This document shows, piece after piece, positions 10,355-22,878 of a DNA stretch of 64,000 bases (within the stretch, counting starts at the first letter, position 1; each line of letters begins with the position of its first letter). The position numbers and the translations under genes were made by a program. Source of the DNA: Vulcanimicrobiota bacterium (GTDB lineage: Bacteria; Vulcanimicrobiota; Vulcanimicrobiia; Vulcanimicrobiales; Vulcanimicrobiaceae); the NCBI GenBank assembly GCA_963820825.1, contig CAWGBN010000002.1, positions 256,001 to 320,000 of the forward strand. The letters are read 5' to 3'. The notes below the pieces were generated by a model. The model was not told the DNA's origin and searched no databases. It saw only the letters and a list, made by a program, of their open reading frames with translations.

Positions 10355-12505
10355 ATGCTTCGGCACTTCGGGGCCGACCCGTTCGCGTATCTCGGGATGC
10401 ACGCCGCGGACGGCGGCGTCGTCGTGCGCGCCTCGATGCCCCAAGCGACCCGCGTCTTCCTCCGCGAGCGCGGCGGAGCGGAATGCTTCGAGCTCGAGCG
10501 CATCGGCGGCGACGGCCTCTTCGAAGCCCATCTGCCGAATCGAGCGCCCTTCGATTATTCGTTCGTCGTCGAAACCGCGCACGGCCGCGAGGAGATCGAG
10601 GACCCGTACCGCTTCGGGCCGATTCTCGGCGACGTGGACGTCTACCTCATCGCCGAGGGAACGCACCTTCGGCTCTGGGATGCGCTCGGATCGCACGCGC
10701 GTACGATCGGCGGTATCGCCGGCGTCGCCTTCGCGGTCTGGGCACCGAACGCGCGGCGTGTCAGCGTCGTCGGCGATTTCAACGATTGGGACGGACGCCG
10801 CCATCCGATGCGCAAACGCGTCGAGTGCGGCGTGTGGGAGATCTTCGTTCCCGGCGTGCTCGACGGTTCGCGATATAAGTACGAGATCGCCGCAGCGAAC
10901 GGCGATCTACTCCCGCTCAAAGCCGATCCGCTCGCGCGATACGCGGAGCGTTCGGCCCGCGAATGCCTCGATCGTGTGGAACGAACCTGCGCCGCAGTGG
11001 CGCGACGACGCGTGGATGCGCCGCCGCAGCGAACGAAACGCGCTCGATGCGGCGATCTCGATCTACGAGGCGCACCTGGGTTCGTGGCGGCGCGGCGAAG
11101 AGGGCCGCATGCTCACCTACGCGCAGCTCGCCGACGAACTGCTGCCGTACGTGCGCGAGTTGGGCTTCAGCGCACGTGGAGCTCTTGCCGGTCACGGAGC
11201 ATCCGTTCGACGGATCGTGGGGATATCAACCGACGGGGATGTTCGCGCCGACGAGCCGGTACGGCACGCCCGCCGAGTTTCGCGCCTTCGTCGAACGGGC
11301 GCACGAGCTCGAGCTCGGCGTGATCCTCGACTGGGTACCGGGACATTTTCCGAACGATCCGCACGGCCTCGCGCTCTTCGACGGAACGCATCTCTACGAG
11401 CACGGCGACCCGCGCAAGGGTTTTGCGCCCGATTGGAACACGCTGATCTACAACTACGACCGCCGCGAGGTCGCGAACTTCTTGATCGCCGGCGCGCTCT
11501 ACTGGTTGGAGGAGTTTCACATTGACGCGCTGCGCGTCGATGCGGTCGCGTCGATGCTCTATCTCGATTACAGCCGCCGTCCCGGCGAATGGGATGCCGA
11601 ACCACCACGGCGGAAACGAGAATACTCGAGGCGATCGCCTTTCTTCGCCGTCTCAACGAGACGCTCTACGCGCGCGCCCACAGCGCGGTAACTATCGCGG
11701 AAGAGTCGACGGCGTGGCCGATGGTCTCGCGTCCGGTGAGCGCCGGCGGGCTCGGCTTCGGCTACAAATGGAATATGGGCTGGATGCACGATACGCTGCG
11801 CTACTTCGGCTACGATCCCGTCTATCGCGGATACCACCAGAACGATCTGACCTTCGGGCTGGTCTATGCATATAGTGAGAACTACATTCTCCCGCTCTCG
11901 CACGACGAGGTGGTGCACGGAAAACGCTCGCTGCTTTCGAAGATGCCCGGCGACCGCTGGCAGCGCTTCGCGAATCTTCGGTTACTGCTCGCCTTGATGT
12001 TCGCCCACCCCGGCAAGAAACTGCTCTTCATGGGCGCCGAGCTCGCGGCCGTGCTCGAGTGGAACCACGACGCGCAACTCGACTGGGGGCTTCTGCACGA
12101 CGAGCTGCACGCCGGCGTTCAGCGTCTGGTCCGCGATTGCAACGCGCTCTATCGCCGCTTGCCGGCGCTTCACCGGCTCGATAGCGATCCCAACGGCTTC
12201 GAATGGATCGACTTTCAGGATGCGTCGCAGAGCGTGCTGGCCTTCGCGCGCAAAGGGGCCGGCGCGAAGGACCACGTCATCGTCGCGATCAACGCGACGC
12301 CGGTCGTGCATTACGGCTATCGCATCGGCGTCTTGCGCTCCGGGAGTTATCGAGAAGTGCTCAACACCGATTCGCAGTTCTACGGCGGAAGCAACGTCGG
12401 AAACGACGGAGCGATCGCAACCGAGGCGATCGCGGCGCACGGCCACCCGCAGTCGCTGGCGTTGACGCTTCCACCCCTTGGCGCGGCTGCGTGCTGCAGC
12501 CGTGA
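10355..12505 (+). CDS. glgB: 1,4-alpha-glucan branching enzyme (several frameshifts)
   Basis: [77 protein letters not shown]. Confidence 0.93.
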
Positions 12506-14701
12506 TCGCAACGCGCAGGCGCCGCGGTTCTGCCGGGACGCCCCTATCCGCTCGGCGCGACGTGGAACGGCGCCGGCGTGAACTTCGCGCTCTTCTCCGA
12601 GCATGCCGAGAAGGTCGAGCTCTGTCTCTTCGATCCGCGCGGCCGCCGCGAGGTGCAGCGCATCGCGCTCCCGGAGTATACCGACTCGGTCTGGCACGGC
12701 TATCTGCCCGACGCGCGCCCGGGTCTGCTCTACGGCTACCGCGTCTACGGACCGTACGATCCGGCCAACGGCCACCGCTTCAACCACCACAAGCTGCTGC
12801 TCGATCCGTACGCCGCGATGCTCTCGGGAGCGCTGCAGTGGAGCGACGCGCACTTCGGCTATCGCATCGGCTCGCCGCGCGCGGATCTCTCCTTCGACCG
12901 GCGCGACGACGCTGCCGGCATGCCCAAGTGCGTCGTCGTGGACACGGCCTTCACGTGGGGCAACGACCGGCTGCTGCACACGCGCTGGCACGAGCTCATC
13001 GTCTACGAGCTGCACGTGCGCGGCTTCACGATGAAGCATCCCGGCGTGCCGCCAGCGCTGCGCGGCACCTTTGCCGGCCTCTCTTCGCCGGCGGCGATCG
13101 AGCATCTCGTCGCGCCTCGGCATCACCGCGGTCGAGCTGCTGCCGATCAACTACTTCGTCGACGAGCGCCACCTCGTCGAGCGCAGGCCTGCGCAACTAT
13201 TGGGGATATAGCCCGATCTCGTTCTTCGCCCCGCATCCGCGCTATTGCTCGCAGCCAAATCTCGGCGAGTTCAAGACGATGGTCGACGCGCCTGCACGAC
13301 GCCGGCATCGAAGTGATTCTCGACGTCGTCTTCAACCATACGGCCGAGGGCAACGAGCTCGGACCGACGCTGAGCTTTCGCGGCATCGACAACAAGTCGT
13401 ACTATCGCGCTGGCGGAGCGATCCGCGCTACTACGTCGACTATACCGGCTGCGGCAACACGCTCAACCTCGGTCATCCGCACGTGCTCAAGATGGTCACC
13501 GACGCGCTGCGCTACTGGGTACGCGAGATGCACGTCGACGGCTTTCGTTTCGACCTGGCGACGACGCTGGCGCGCACGCGACGGCCATTTCACCACGCAC
13601 AGCAACTTTCTCGCGGCGATCGAACAAGATCCGGTACTCTCGCGCGTCAAGCTGATCGCCGAGCCGTGGGACCTCGGCCCGGACGGCTATCACATCGGCG
13701 ATTTTCCGGCGGGGTGGTCGGAGTGGAACGACCGTTTCCGCGACGGCGTCCGGCGATTCTGGCGCGGCGACGGGAGCGATCGCCCGAGATGGCGACGCGA
13801 CTTGACCGGATCGAGCGATCTCTTCGACCGGCGCGGACGCCGCCCGCGCGCGAGCGTCAACTTCGTCACCGCGCACGACGGGTTCACGCTGCGCGATCTG
13901 GTTTCGTACGACCGCAAGCACAACGAGGCGAATCTCGAGGAGAACCGCGACGGCGCCGACGAGAACTACAGCTGGAACTGCGGCGCCGAGGGCGATGACG
14001 CGACGATCCGCAGATTCTCGCGCTGCGCGAGCGCAACAGCAAGCGCAACCTGCTCGCGACGCTGTTGCTCTCGCAAGGCATGCCGATGCTGCTGGCCGGC
14101 GACGAGCTGCAGCGACACGCAGCGCGGAAACAACAACGCCTACTGCCAAGACAACGAGATCAGTTGGCTCGACTGGTCGGCCTTCAATCCGGCCCTCGCC
14201 TTCGATTTTGCCCGCGCGGCGCATTTCGACCGGCACGACGCGACCGGAAGCGACCTCATCGAGTTCGTTCGCAACTTGATCGCGCTGCGGCGAACGCATC
14301 CGGTCTTTCGGCGACCGCGCTTCTTCCGCGGGGTCGAGACCGAGCCGTCGCCGCTCAAAGACATCACCTGGTACGCACCCGACGGCCGCGAGATGACCCA
14401 CGACGATTGGCAGAATAGCGAGCTTCGCTGCTTCGGTGCGCTGTTCGGCGGCGACGTCGGCGACCGATTCATCAGCCTGCAGGGTTATCCCGAGGTCGAC
14501 GACAGCTTTCTGATGATCCTCAACGGTCATCAGACCGCCGTCGAGTTCGTGCTTCCGGTCGCGACGGGCGTGCGGCGATGGACGCATCTGCTCGATACCG
14601 CGCGCGCCGGCGCCACACCGATGCTTCCCGTTGCTCCGGGATCACGGTTGACGATCGCGGATCGTTCGTTTTCGCTCTTTGCCGGGCAGCTCTCGGAGTG
14701 A
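12502..14701 (+). CDS. glgX: glycogen debranching enzyme / isoamylase (several frameshifts)
   Basis: [75 protein letters not shown]. Confidence 0.93.
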
Positions 14702-16680
14702 TCGAGCCGCACTATCACGATTATTGGGGCAATCGAATTGAAACGCCGGAGTCCACGCGGCTCGTGCTGCTCGCGGCGATGGGTTATGGCGATGAGGCCG
14801 CCGACGTCGATATCGATGCGAATGCCGCGGGCTTGCCGCCGGTTATCGTCATGCGGCTCGGTAATGCGCAGCGGCTGCCGGTTGAGGCGGGGCAATGGTC
14901 GGTCGAGCTCGAGGACGGTAGCGCGCTTCGCGGCGCACTGACGGAGCTTCCGCTCGGGTACCATCGGCTGACAACGTGTAGCGACCGGCACGATGCGGCG
15001 TGCGCGCTGATCGTCGTGCCGGCGCAGTGTTATCTGCCGCGCACGATGCACGACGGGCGAGTCTGGGCACTCGCGACGCAGCTCTACGCGCTGCGCTCGG
15101 AGCGCAATTGGGGGATCGGCGACTTCACCGATCTCGCCACGCTCGCCGGTATGGCTGGACGCGCCGGCGCCGGCGCGCTCGCGCTCAATCCGCTGCACGA
15201 GCTCCATCCGAGCAATCCGCGAGCGGCGAGCCCGTATAGTCCGTCGAGCCGCCTCTTCTGCAACGTCTTCGCGATCGACGTCGAGAGCGTTGCCGAACTG
15301 GCCGACTCGCCGCACGCGCAGGCAACGATCGCAAACCCTTCGTTTCGAGCCGAGCTGCGCGCGGCGCGCGATGCGCCGCTCGTCGACTACGCGCGCGTTG
15401 CGAAGATAAAGCTCGGCGTGCTCGAGGTGCTGCACGCGGTCTTTCTTGCCAACCATGCGAAGCGCGCGAACGATGCGCGATGGCGCGCCTTTCACCATTT
15501 CGTCCGCGCCGAAGGGCTTGCCCTCGAGCGGCTTGCGCTCTACGAGGCGTTGGCGGAGTATTTTCGCGCGCGAGACTCGCAGTGTTACGGCTGGCAGGAT
15601 TGGCCGCGCGAGTATCGCTCGCCTGATTCGCCCGAGGTTACGCGGTTCGCGCGGGAGCATCGCGAGCGCGTCGACTTCTACCGTTACCTGCAGTGTCTCG
15701 CGCGGCAGCAGCTCGGCGCGGCAGCGCGCGCGTCGCGCAACAACGGCGTCGCGCTCTATTGCGATTTGGCCGTCGGTGTCGAGCGCAACGGCGCCGATGC
15801 TTGGGGCGATCAAGATGCGATTCTCGGTAACGTCTCGCTCGGGGCGCCGCCCGATCCGCTCAACCGGCAGGGCCAGAACTGGGGGCTTGCGCCGCTCTCG
15901 CCGCGCGCGCTGCGCGCGCGCGCCTACGAACCCTTCGTCGCGCTGCTGCGGGCGAACATGCGCTATGCCGGAATTCTGCGCAGTCGACCACGTGATGGCG
16001 CTGCGCCGCGCCTTCTGGATTCCGCGCGGGGCGCCCGCGTCGGAGGGTGCGTACGTTCGCTACCCGCTTCGACGAGATGCTCGGCATCCTCGCGCTCGAG
16101 AGCGTGCGCAATCGTTGCGCGGTCGTCGGCGAAGATTTAGGCACCGTACCCGAAGGCTTTCGCGAACGCATGGCATGCCGCACGGGCGCTCTCGTCGCGC
16201 CTCTTCTACTTCGAGCGCGACGCGCACGGAGCGTTTCTGATGCCGGAGCGTTATCCGCGTCTCGCCGCGGCGAGCATCGGCACGCACGATCTTCCGACGC
16301 TGGCAGGATGGTGGACCGGCGACCGCAGCGACGAGCGAAGATCGCGCCGCCGATCGCCTGCTGCTCGTAGATCGCGCTGGAGCGCGCCGGTGCGATCGAC
16401 GCCGCGGGTGCCGCCCGGCTGCGCGACGACGCGAGCCGGCGGAACGCTGCCGTCGTCCCCGAGCTCGTCGGCGCGGTTCACCGCTTTCTGGCGGCGACGC
16501 CGTCGATGCTTGCGGTGGTCGCCATCGAGGACGTGCTGCACGAGACGGAGCGCAGTCAACGTGCCAGGAACGGTCGACGAACATCCGAACTGGCACCGTA
16601 AGCGCTCGCTACCGCTCGAACGCTATCGAGGCCGACGGCACGTCGGAAGCAAACCGAGCAGGTTCTTCGTGACGAAATGA
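14698..16680 (+). CDS. malQ: 4-alpha-glucanotransferase (GH77), frameshifted in the 3' third
   Basis: [63 protein letters not shown]. Confidence 0.92.
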
Positions 16681-19191
16681 AAGCCGTCGTCATGGCCGGC
16701 GGCGAGGGCTCGCGCCTTCGCCCGCTGACGTCGAGTCGCCCCAAGCCGCTCGTGCCGGTTGCCAACAAGCCGGTGATGCATCACATCGTCGACTTGCTGC
16801 GCCGCCACGGCATCACCGACGTCGTCGCGACGCTGCATTACCTCGCCGACGAGATCGAGAACTATTTCGGCGACGGCTCGGAGCTGGGCGTTTCGATGGA
16901 GTACGTCGTCGAGGATACGCCGCTGGGGACGGCGGGCGCCGTGAAGTTAGCGCAGTCGCTGCTCGGCGACGAACGTTTCATCATCGTCTCCGGCGATGCG
17001 CTCACCGACATCGACTTGAGCGAGCTGATTGCGGCGCACGAGCGCAGCGGCGCGGTCGCGACGATCGCACTGCAGCGGGTCGCCAATCCGCTCGAGTTCG
17101 GCGTCGTCGTCACCGACGAGCGACGGGCGCATCACGCGCTTCTTGGAGAAGCCGTCGTGGGGCGAGATCTTCTCCGATACGATCAACACCGGGATATACG
17201 TGCTCGAGCCGGAGATCTTCGAGTACATGGAGGCCGGCAAGAACTACGATTTTCGCGCAGATATTTTCGCATACGATGCTGCGCGACGGCCGACCGATCT
17301 ACGGCCACGTGATCGGCGGATACTGGAGCGACATCGGCAACCTGCAGCAGTATATGCAGGCAAACTACGATGCGCTGTCGCGGCGCGGTGCGCGTGGAGA
17401 TTCCCGGCAACGAAGATTCGGCCCGGCGTGTGGGTCGGCGAGAACGCCGCATTTCGCCCGAGGCCGCATGTTGCACGGACCGGTCTGCATCGGGCGCAAC
17501 GTCACGATCGAGGCCGGTGCGGTGGTCGAGGAGTTGAGCGTCGATCGGCGCCTCGTCGATCGTCGCGGCGAATGCGCGGCTGCATCGGACGATTGCTTGG
17601 GAGGACGTCTACGTCGGCGAAGGCGCGTCGCTGACGGGCTGCACGCTCGCCGACCGCGTGATCGTCAAAGACCGCGTGTCGATCATGGAGGGCGCCGTGA
17701 TCGGCCGCGGCAGCACGCTCGGGAGCGGCTCGACGGTGCCCTCGAACATCAAGCTGTGGCCCGATAAGTCGGTCGCGTCGGGCTCGATCGTCTCGATGTC
17801 GCTGATCTACGGCATCAAGTGGCCGGGCTCGCTCTTCGGCGCCGACGGCGTGAGCGGACTAGCGAACATCGAGATCACGCCGGAGTTCGCGCTGAAGCTC
17901 GGCCAGGCGCTCGGTTCGGTGCTGCGGACCGGGTCAGATCGTGATGACCAGCCGCGACGCGCATCCGGCGTCGCGCTTGACGAATCGCTGCATGATCTCG
18001 GGGCTGCTCTCGGTCGGCGTCAACGTGCAGCGACTTGCGCGAGACGCCGATGCCGGTTTCGCGCTATGCCGTGCGCATGTCGGGCGATGCGTGCGTGCAC
18101 ACCGGGATCTCGCCGTACTATTCCGATCAGTTTCTGCTCGAGTTCTTCGACTCGCACGGCGTCAACGTCGATAAGAATACCGAGCGGAAGATCGAGAACA
18201 TCTTCTTCCGCGAAGATTTCCGGCGCACGCCGATGGAGGCGGTCGGGAATCTCAATTTCCCCGAGCGCGTGGTCGAAGGCGTACAGCAGCGGCTTCTTGG
18301 AGGCGCTCGCGCCGCAAGCGATCTCGGATGCGAATATGCGCGTGGTCATCGACTACGCGCACGGCAATGCGTCGCTGATCCTGCCGCGGATCTTGAGCAA
18401 CCTCGGCGTCGAGATGATTGCGCTCAACGCATTCTTCGATAACGCGAAGGTGCTAACGTTTGCGGCGAATCGGCGCGAGCATTTGGAGCAGCTCGGCAAC
18501 GTGACGACCTCGCTTGGCGCGGCGCTCGGGATTCTGCTCGACCAGCGCGGCGAGTCGCTGGCATTGGTTGACGATCGCGGGCGGATCGTCGAGGGGAGCC
18601 GGCTGCTGACGCTGCTGACCGCGCTCGTGGCGCAGCGTCGTGCCCGGTGCGCGGATTGCGGTGCCGGTGATGGCGCCGCAGCGCCATCGAGGTGGTGGCC
18701 GAGCAGCACGGCGCGACTGTCCTTCGCACGCGCACCGACCGGCGGTCGCTGATGGCGTTGGCAGCGCGGGAAGGCTCGTCACTCGCCTTCGCCGGCGGGG
18801 CGAACTACGAGCTGATCTTCCCCGAGTTTGCGCCGGTCTTCGACTCGCTCTACGGCGCGGCGAAAGTGATGGAGCTGATCGCGGCACAGGGCCGTCCCTT
18901 GAGTGCGATCGTCGACGAGTTGCCGCCGTCGCACCTCGCATCGCGACGCGATCACGTGCCCGTGGGAACGCAAGGGCCAGATCATGCGCCGGCTCCTCGA
19001 CGAAACCGATGGCCAAGAACGTCGAGCTCACCGATGGCATTCGCGTGGCACGCGAAGGCGGGTGGGTGCTCGTGATCCCCGACGCGAGCGATCCGCTGTT
19101 CAACGTCTGGGCCGAGGGGCGCTCCGACGAAGAGGCCAACCGCTACGCCGACGAGATTGCCGGCCGGATTGATGAACTAGCGCGTTCCTAA
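16677..19191 (+). CDS. fused mannose-1-phosphate guanylyltransferase / phosphomannomutase-phosphoglucomutase (many frameshifts)
   Basis: [21 protein letters not shown]-transferase start, EKP, hexapeptide region, [15 protein letters not shown] domain, C-terminal [15 protein letters not shown]. Confidence 0.88.
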
Positions 19192-19280
19192 GTCTGCAAA
19201 AGGCTGAACTTGCCGCCTACGCGATCATAGCTTTCAGGATGTCGGGGCGGCGGTAATACCGACGATGGCCCCACGCCAGC

Positions 19281-20549
19281 CTACTTGGTTATCATCGTCC
19301 AGTGATACAGCTGTGCGGAAACGCCATAGTGTAGTCGATTGCAGGTTAAATCTCCCTGATTTAATGGTTGACCGTCATTCCCGCTGAGATTTATAAAACT
19401 AGTACCGTTGTGCGTTATTTCAAGATCGGTTGATTCAAAGAATGCTGGAAGTAAGTTGCAATAGTCCGACCATGTTCCATCCTTAACCGCGTGTTCTTCG
19501 AAGAAATCCCAGCCCGTATTGCCCATTGTGGTCAAGGTTTGACCGGACGACCGGTACTTCTCGTCCCAACGTCCGCTCTGGTAATTATATAATTTTGCAA
19601 CCCAGATATTTCCGCCAGGCAAATGCGTCGTTTGTACGGTGTATTCCCCGATGCCCGAACCAAAGTCACGCACGTATTGGCTTATAAACTCGGCATTTAC
19701 TATGAGCGGTACCGCCGGATTATTTACCATCGCGTTGCACCAATCCCAAAACCAAACCTGCGCAGGACCGCTGCTATATGCCGTAACGACTTCAATACAA
19801 GCTCCGTCTGGAGCGAGCATTGTCGGAGCATACAGGTAGCTACCAGAGTCGGCATCAAACCGCAGCGCCGGGTTTACGCTCTGGTTTGCATACGCCGCTT
19901 TGATCGCATTCGAAGCGCCCATAAAGAACCCGCGACCTGCATAAACTCGGAGCGGCGTGCCCGCGGGAGCGGGCAGCGATTTGCTATGGAGGAACAGTAG
20001 CCGCTGTTTGGACGGATCCTTCACGGATAATACGGTTGCGGGCGCAGTTATCGGTAGCCCCTTTTTTTCCTCATGCATAGCAGCGGAAACTTCTCTGAAG
20101 CTTGTGGCTGCGGTGCTTAGTGCCAGCGACGGCGACATGGTTGCCGCCGTCGAGGTTGCGGGGCTGGAGGAGCTTGTCGCGTTTCCCGATGGGGTGCCCG
20201 TCGCATTTGCCGACGGGGCAATCGTCGGGGCGGCGCCGCTCGATAACGAACTTGGTGATACCGAACTACCTACCGAAGCACCACCTAATGGCGAACTTGT
20301 TGCAAAGGGCACGTAGTCCTTGTACTCTGTCACGAAAGTCGCGCGAACTTGGCTCGGCGGTGGCAGCGGTTGCGGCGCTACTTGGGCGACCTCCTCTGGG
20401 GGCGCAGGCGTAGCCTTTATCAAGACAACCGTCGGAGCTGGCGCAGGCTTTACGTTCCCGCCCCTGCAACCAGACAGCAGTACGAGGATACTCACGCTCG
20501 CGGTAAGCATCCCAAACCTTGAGATTCGAGCAGTGTGCATGAGAGCCAT
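19281..20549 (-). CDS. hypothetical lipoprotein with an S/T/P-rich linker and an aromatic C-terminal domain
   Basis: Lipobox LSGC; 422-aa intact ORF; C-terminal YAPTM..GACIEVVTAY..VWFWDWC. Confidence 0.75.
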   Translation of the reverse strand: MALMHTARISRFGMLTASVSILVLLSGCRGGNVKPAPAPTVVLIKATPAPPEEVAQVAPQPLPPPSQVRATFVTEYKDYVPFATSSPLGGASVGSSVSPSSLSSGAAPTIAPSANATGTPSGNATSSSSPATSTAATMSPSLALSTAATSFREVSAAMHEEKKGLPITAPATVLSVKDPSKQRLLFLHSKSLPAPAGTPLRVYAGRGFFMGASNAIKAAYANQSVNPALRFDADSGSYLYAPTMLAPDGACIEVVTAYSSGPAQVWFWDWCNAMVNNPAVPLIVNAEFISQYVRDFGSGIGEYTVQTTHLPGGNIWVAKLYNYQSGRWDEKYRSSGQTLTTMGNTGWDFFEEHAVKDGTWSDYCNLLPAFFESTDLEITHNGTSFINLSGNDGQPLNQGDLTCNRLHYGVSAQLYHWTMITK

Positions 20550-20817
20550 TGCGACGTGCCTCCATCGGTTGAAGATGCCGAGGCGCCAAGCCGCCCCGCA
20601 TCACGGTAAGACTAGCCACTCAGCTAGCACGTACTAGCTAGCTGGTGCGGTTTCCTATTGAACTGCAGTCAGGGTTGCCATCAGCGCACCAAAGCCGGTG
20701 CCGTGCCTAACCGTAAACGGTCGAAGACCTCTGTCCAGTCGATCGCCTGGTTTTGCGTGGACAGTCTCCTCCTTTTAATTTGAGCGGTACGAGTAATTAG
20801 AGTGGTACAAGGCTCGC

Positions 20818-22467
20818 TTAACAGTTCGGCGGAACGGTAAGAATCGTCATGTCACTTTTCATGGCGTCTTGCGCATTCTTATACGCCGCGGGATCGGAAT
20901 CGATATTTCGTATTAGAATTTGCCCCGGGTCAATGCTGGTAAAGTTGGCGGTGCTCGGATCGGGTGTCGGAATCGTTATTAGCGACGTCGTGGGCGGCGG
21001 AGTGGCAGTTGGGCTCCTACCTAGTGCGGATGCATCGCGTGGATCATAGGGCCCACGTCGTTCGGCCCATAGCTGAATGTCGCTAAATGTCGGCATCGTA
21101 ACATGTTTGCTCCAGTAGCATGCCTCGCGCTGAATGTGCGCATTTTCAAATGCCTCTTCCACGGAACTAACGTCACTGAGACACTTGATGCCTGACGTAA
21201 CACCCGTAACGCCCGAGCAATCCGACGCGATGGCCCCGATCGTCGAAAGCGTTCCCTGAAAACCGCTGGGTGCTGGGGCCGGCGGGGGAGGTGGGGTTGG
21301 AAGGCTGTCGATGAACTGGATAGCAGCGGTCGCCAGGAAGAGATTCCTGACGTAGTCGTCCGCCACATAGGTGCCTACATTTTCATTGGTCACTTGGGCC
21401 AATAGACTTGGCGAAGTCGACAAGTATGAGGCCAGGTCTCGCGAGTCTATTTGCGTTTGCGCGTTGAACGCCAGAGTTTCGGCATCTGTTGTGCTTAAAG
21501 GTGATGGCGTTGCAGTAGCCGTCGGGCTCGTGGCGCCGGTGACTTGCCCGCTGGACAACAGTTTGTTCGCTGCAGCAATATCGCCTTGATAGTCAGCTAG
21601 AACATCATTAAATAGATCGCTGCACGTGGGCTTAGAGGGCGAAACAGAGGGGCTCGGTGACGGCGCCGAGCTTGGCGAAGCTGACGGTGCAGCTGAATGC
21701 GCTGTCTTAGCCTTAGTGGTTTTTGTTGAGCTACCGCTGCCTTGTTGGCTGCTCTGATGGCGTCCGCGTTGAGTTGGATTTGGCGATGCTAGGTAGCCAT
21801 CTAACTGGTAAGCGTCGTCGAACCCTAGGGGAGCGACGCCAACTTCGGAGCCACCGACATCGCTTACCGAGTGCATAGAAACGTAGACTACGTCGCTATA
21901 TCCAGTTAGAGAAGCGACGGAATCAGGGATCGGAGGCGTCTTGTTTTTTTTTGATTTATCTGAAGCGCTGTTATTCTTTTTATTGCTTGCCGAACTACTT
22001 GCTGAAGGTGTGGGAGATGCAGTCCCCGATGGTGACGAACTAGGACTGGCCGTTGCGGGTGTAACGAGCGCCGTATTCCAACAGCTGCGCAATGTTTCGA
22101 ATTTGCTGCGCCATTTCATCTCTGCCGCGGGGTTCTTGACGATCGTTATCTCGTATGCAATATCTGCCATGACAATCCCGCGCATCGCCTGAAGACTGAG
22201 CTGGTGAGGGTCGGGCGATGCTCCTGGACTTGAAGTCCCGAACAGCGTGAGGTCCATTACCGTTTCGCCCTGCTTTACGCTCCCTTTTGAGCGAAGCATT
22301 GCGGACTCGTACTTCAGGAAGAATCCAATTGCGGCCGCGCCGATCGCACTGATGATGGCAACGGTCCACGCATGACCATCCCAGGTCCAGGCATTGGCGC
22401 GCCTGGGTGGAGAGAGAGTAGCAACCAGTCCGGCCAGAGCAATGAGGGCGAGGAAGCGTCGCAGCAT
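20818..22467 (-). CDS. secreted hypothetical protein (549 aa, low-complexity linkers)
   Basis: SD GGAGG upstream of ATG; signal peptide ending ANA; intact long ORF. Confidence 0.8.
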   Translation of the reverse strand: MLRRFLALIALAGLVATLSPPRRANAWTWDGHAWTVAIISAIGAAAIGFFLKYESAMLRSKGSVKQGETVMDLTLFGTSSPGASPDPHQLSLQAMRGIVMADIAYEITIVKNPAAEMKWRSKFETLRSCWNTALVTPATASPSSSPSGTASPTPSASSSASNKKNNSASDKSKKNKTPPIPDSVASLTGYSDVVYVSMHSVSDVGGSEVGVAPLGFDDAYQLDGYLASPNPTQRGRHQSSQQGSGSSTKTTKAKTAHSAAPSASPSSAPSPSPSVSPSKPTCSDLFNDVLADYQGDIAAANKLLSSGQVTGATSPTATATPSPLSTTDAETLAFNAQTQIDSRDLASYLSTSPSLLAQVTNENVGTYVADDYVRNLFLATAAIQFIDSLPTPPPPPAPAPSGFQGTLSTIGAIASDCSGVTGVTSGIKCLSDVSSVEEAFENAHIQREACYWSKHVTMPTFSDIQLWAERRGPYDPRDASALGRSPTATPPPTTSLITIPTPDPSTANFTSIDPGQILIRNIDSDPAAYKNAQDAMKSDMTILTVPPNC

Positions 22468-22878
22468 TTAACCTCCCACGGAATAAATCACCCTGCAAAC
22501 ACCAAGCTGCCGCTGACGACGCCCGCAAGCCCCTTCTCGCAGGGAAGAATGAGCATGACAGCTTGCTTTGGACTGGCTATTCCGGCTAGCCCATTTGAAG
22601 CCTCTTGCTGAGCCTTCCCCGTGCGGGCGGTGCGGGGCGCCAAAAGCGCTCAACGGCAAGCCGCGGTAGGCGGAGCCGTTCGGGGGCCTGGCGTTGGTCC
22701 GACCAAACTGCGACAAACCTCCACGACACGGATACCCGAATCATTGCCGCGGTGCCACGACGATGCGCTCTACGGAGCCCGGTGCGGTCCTCTGCTGAGG
22801 GCCCAATGCCTGGCGCGAAAGTGTGACTCCGCTGGCCTTAGGGCCACCCCGCTTTCCAGCCAGATAGTACAGGCTAAG

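Noticed and set aside
7148..19191. Pseudogenisation or programmed frameshifting of the glycogen genes
   Set aside because: Motifs are intact, indels are scattered and no consistent slippery sites were seen; sequencing error is more parsimonious
22468..22716. 82-aa minus-strand ORF in the cassette
   Set aside because: GGAGG is only 1 nt from the TTG, the composition is not protein-like, and no motif is recognisable
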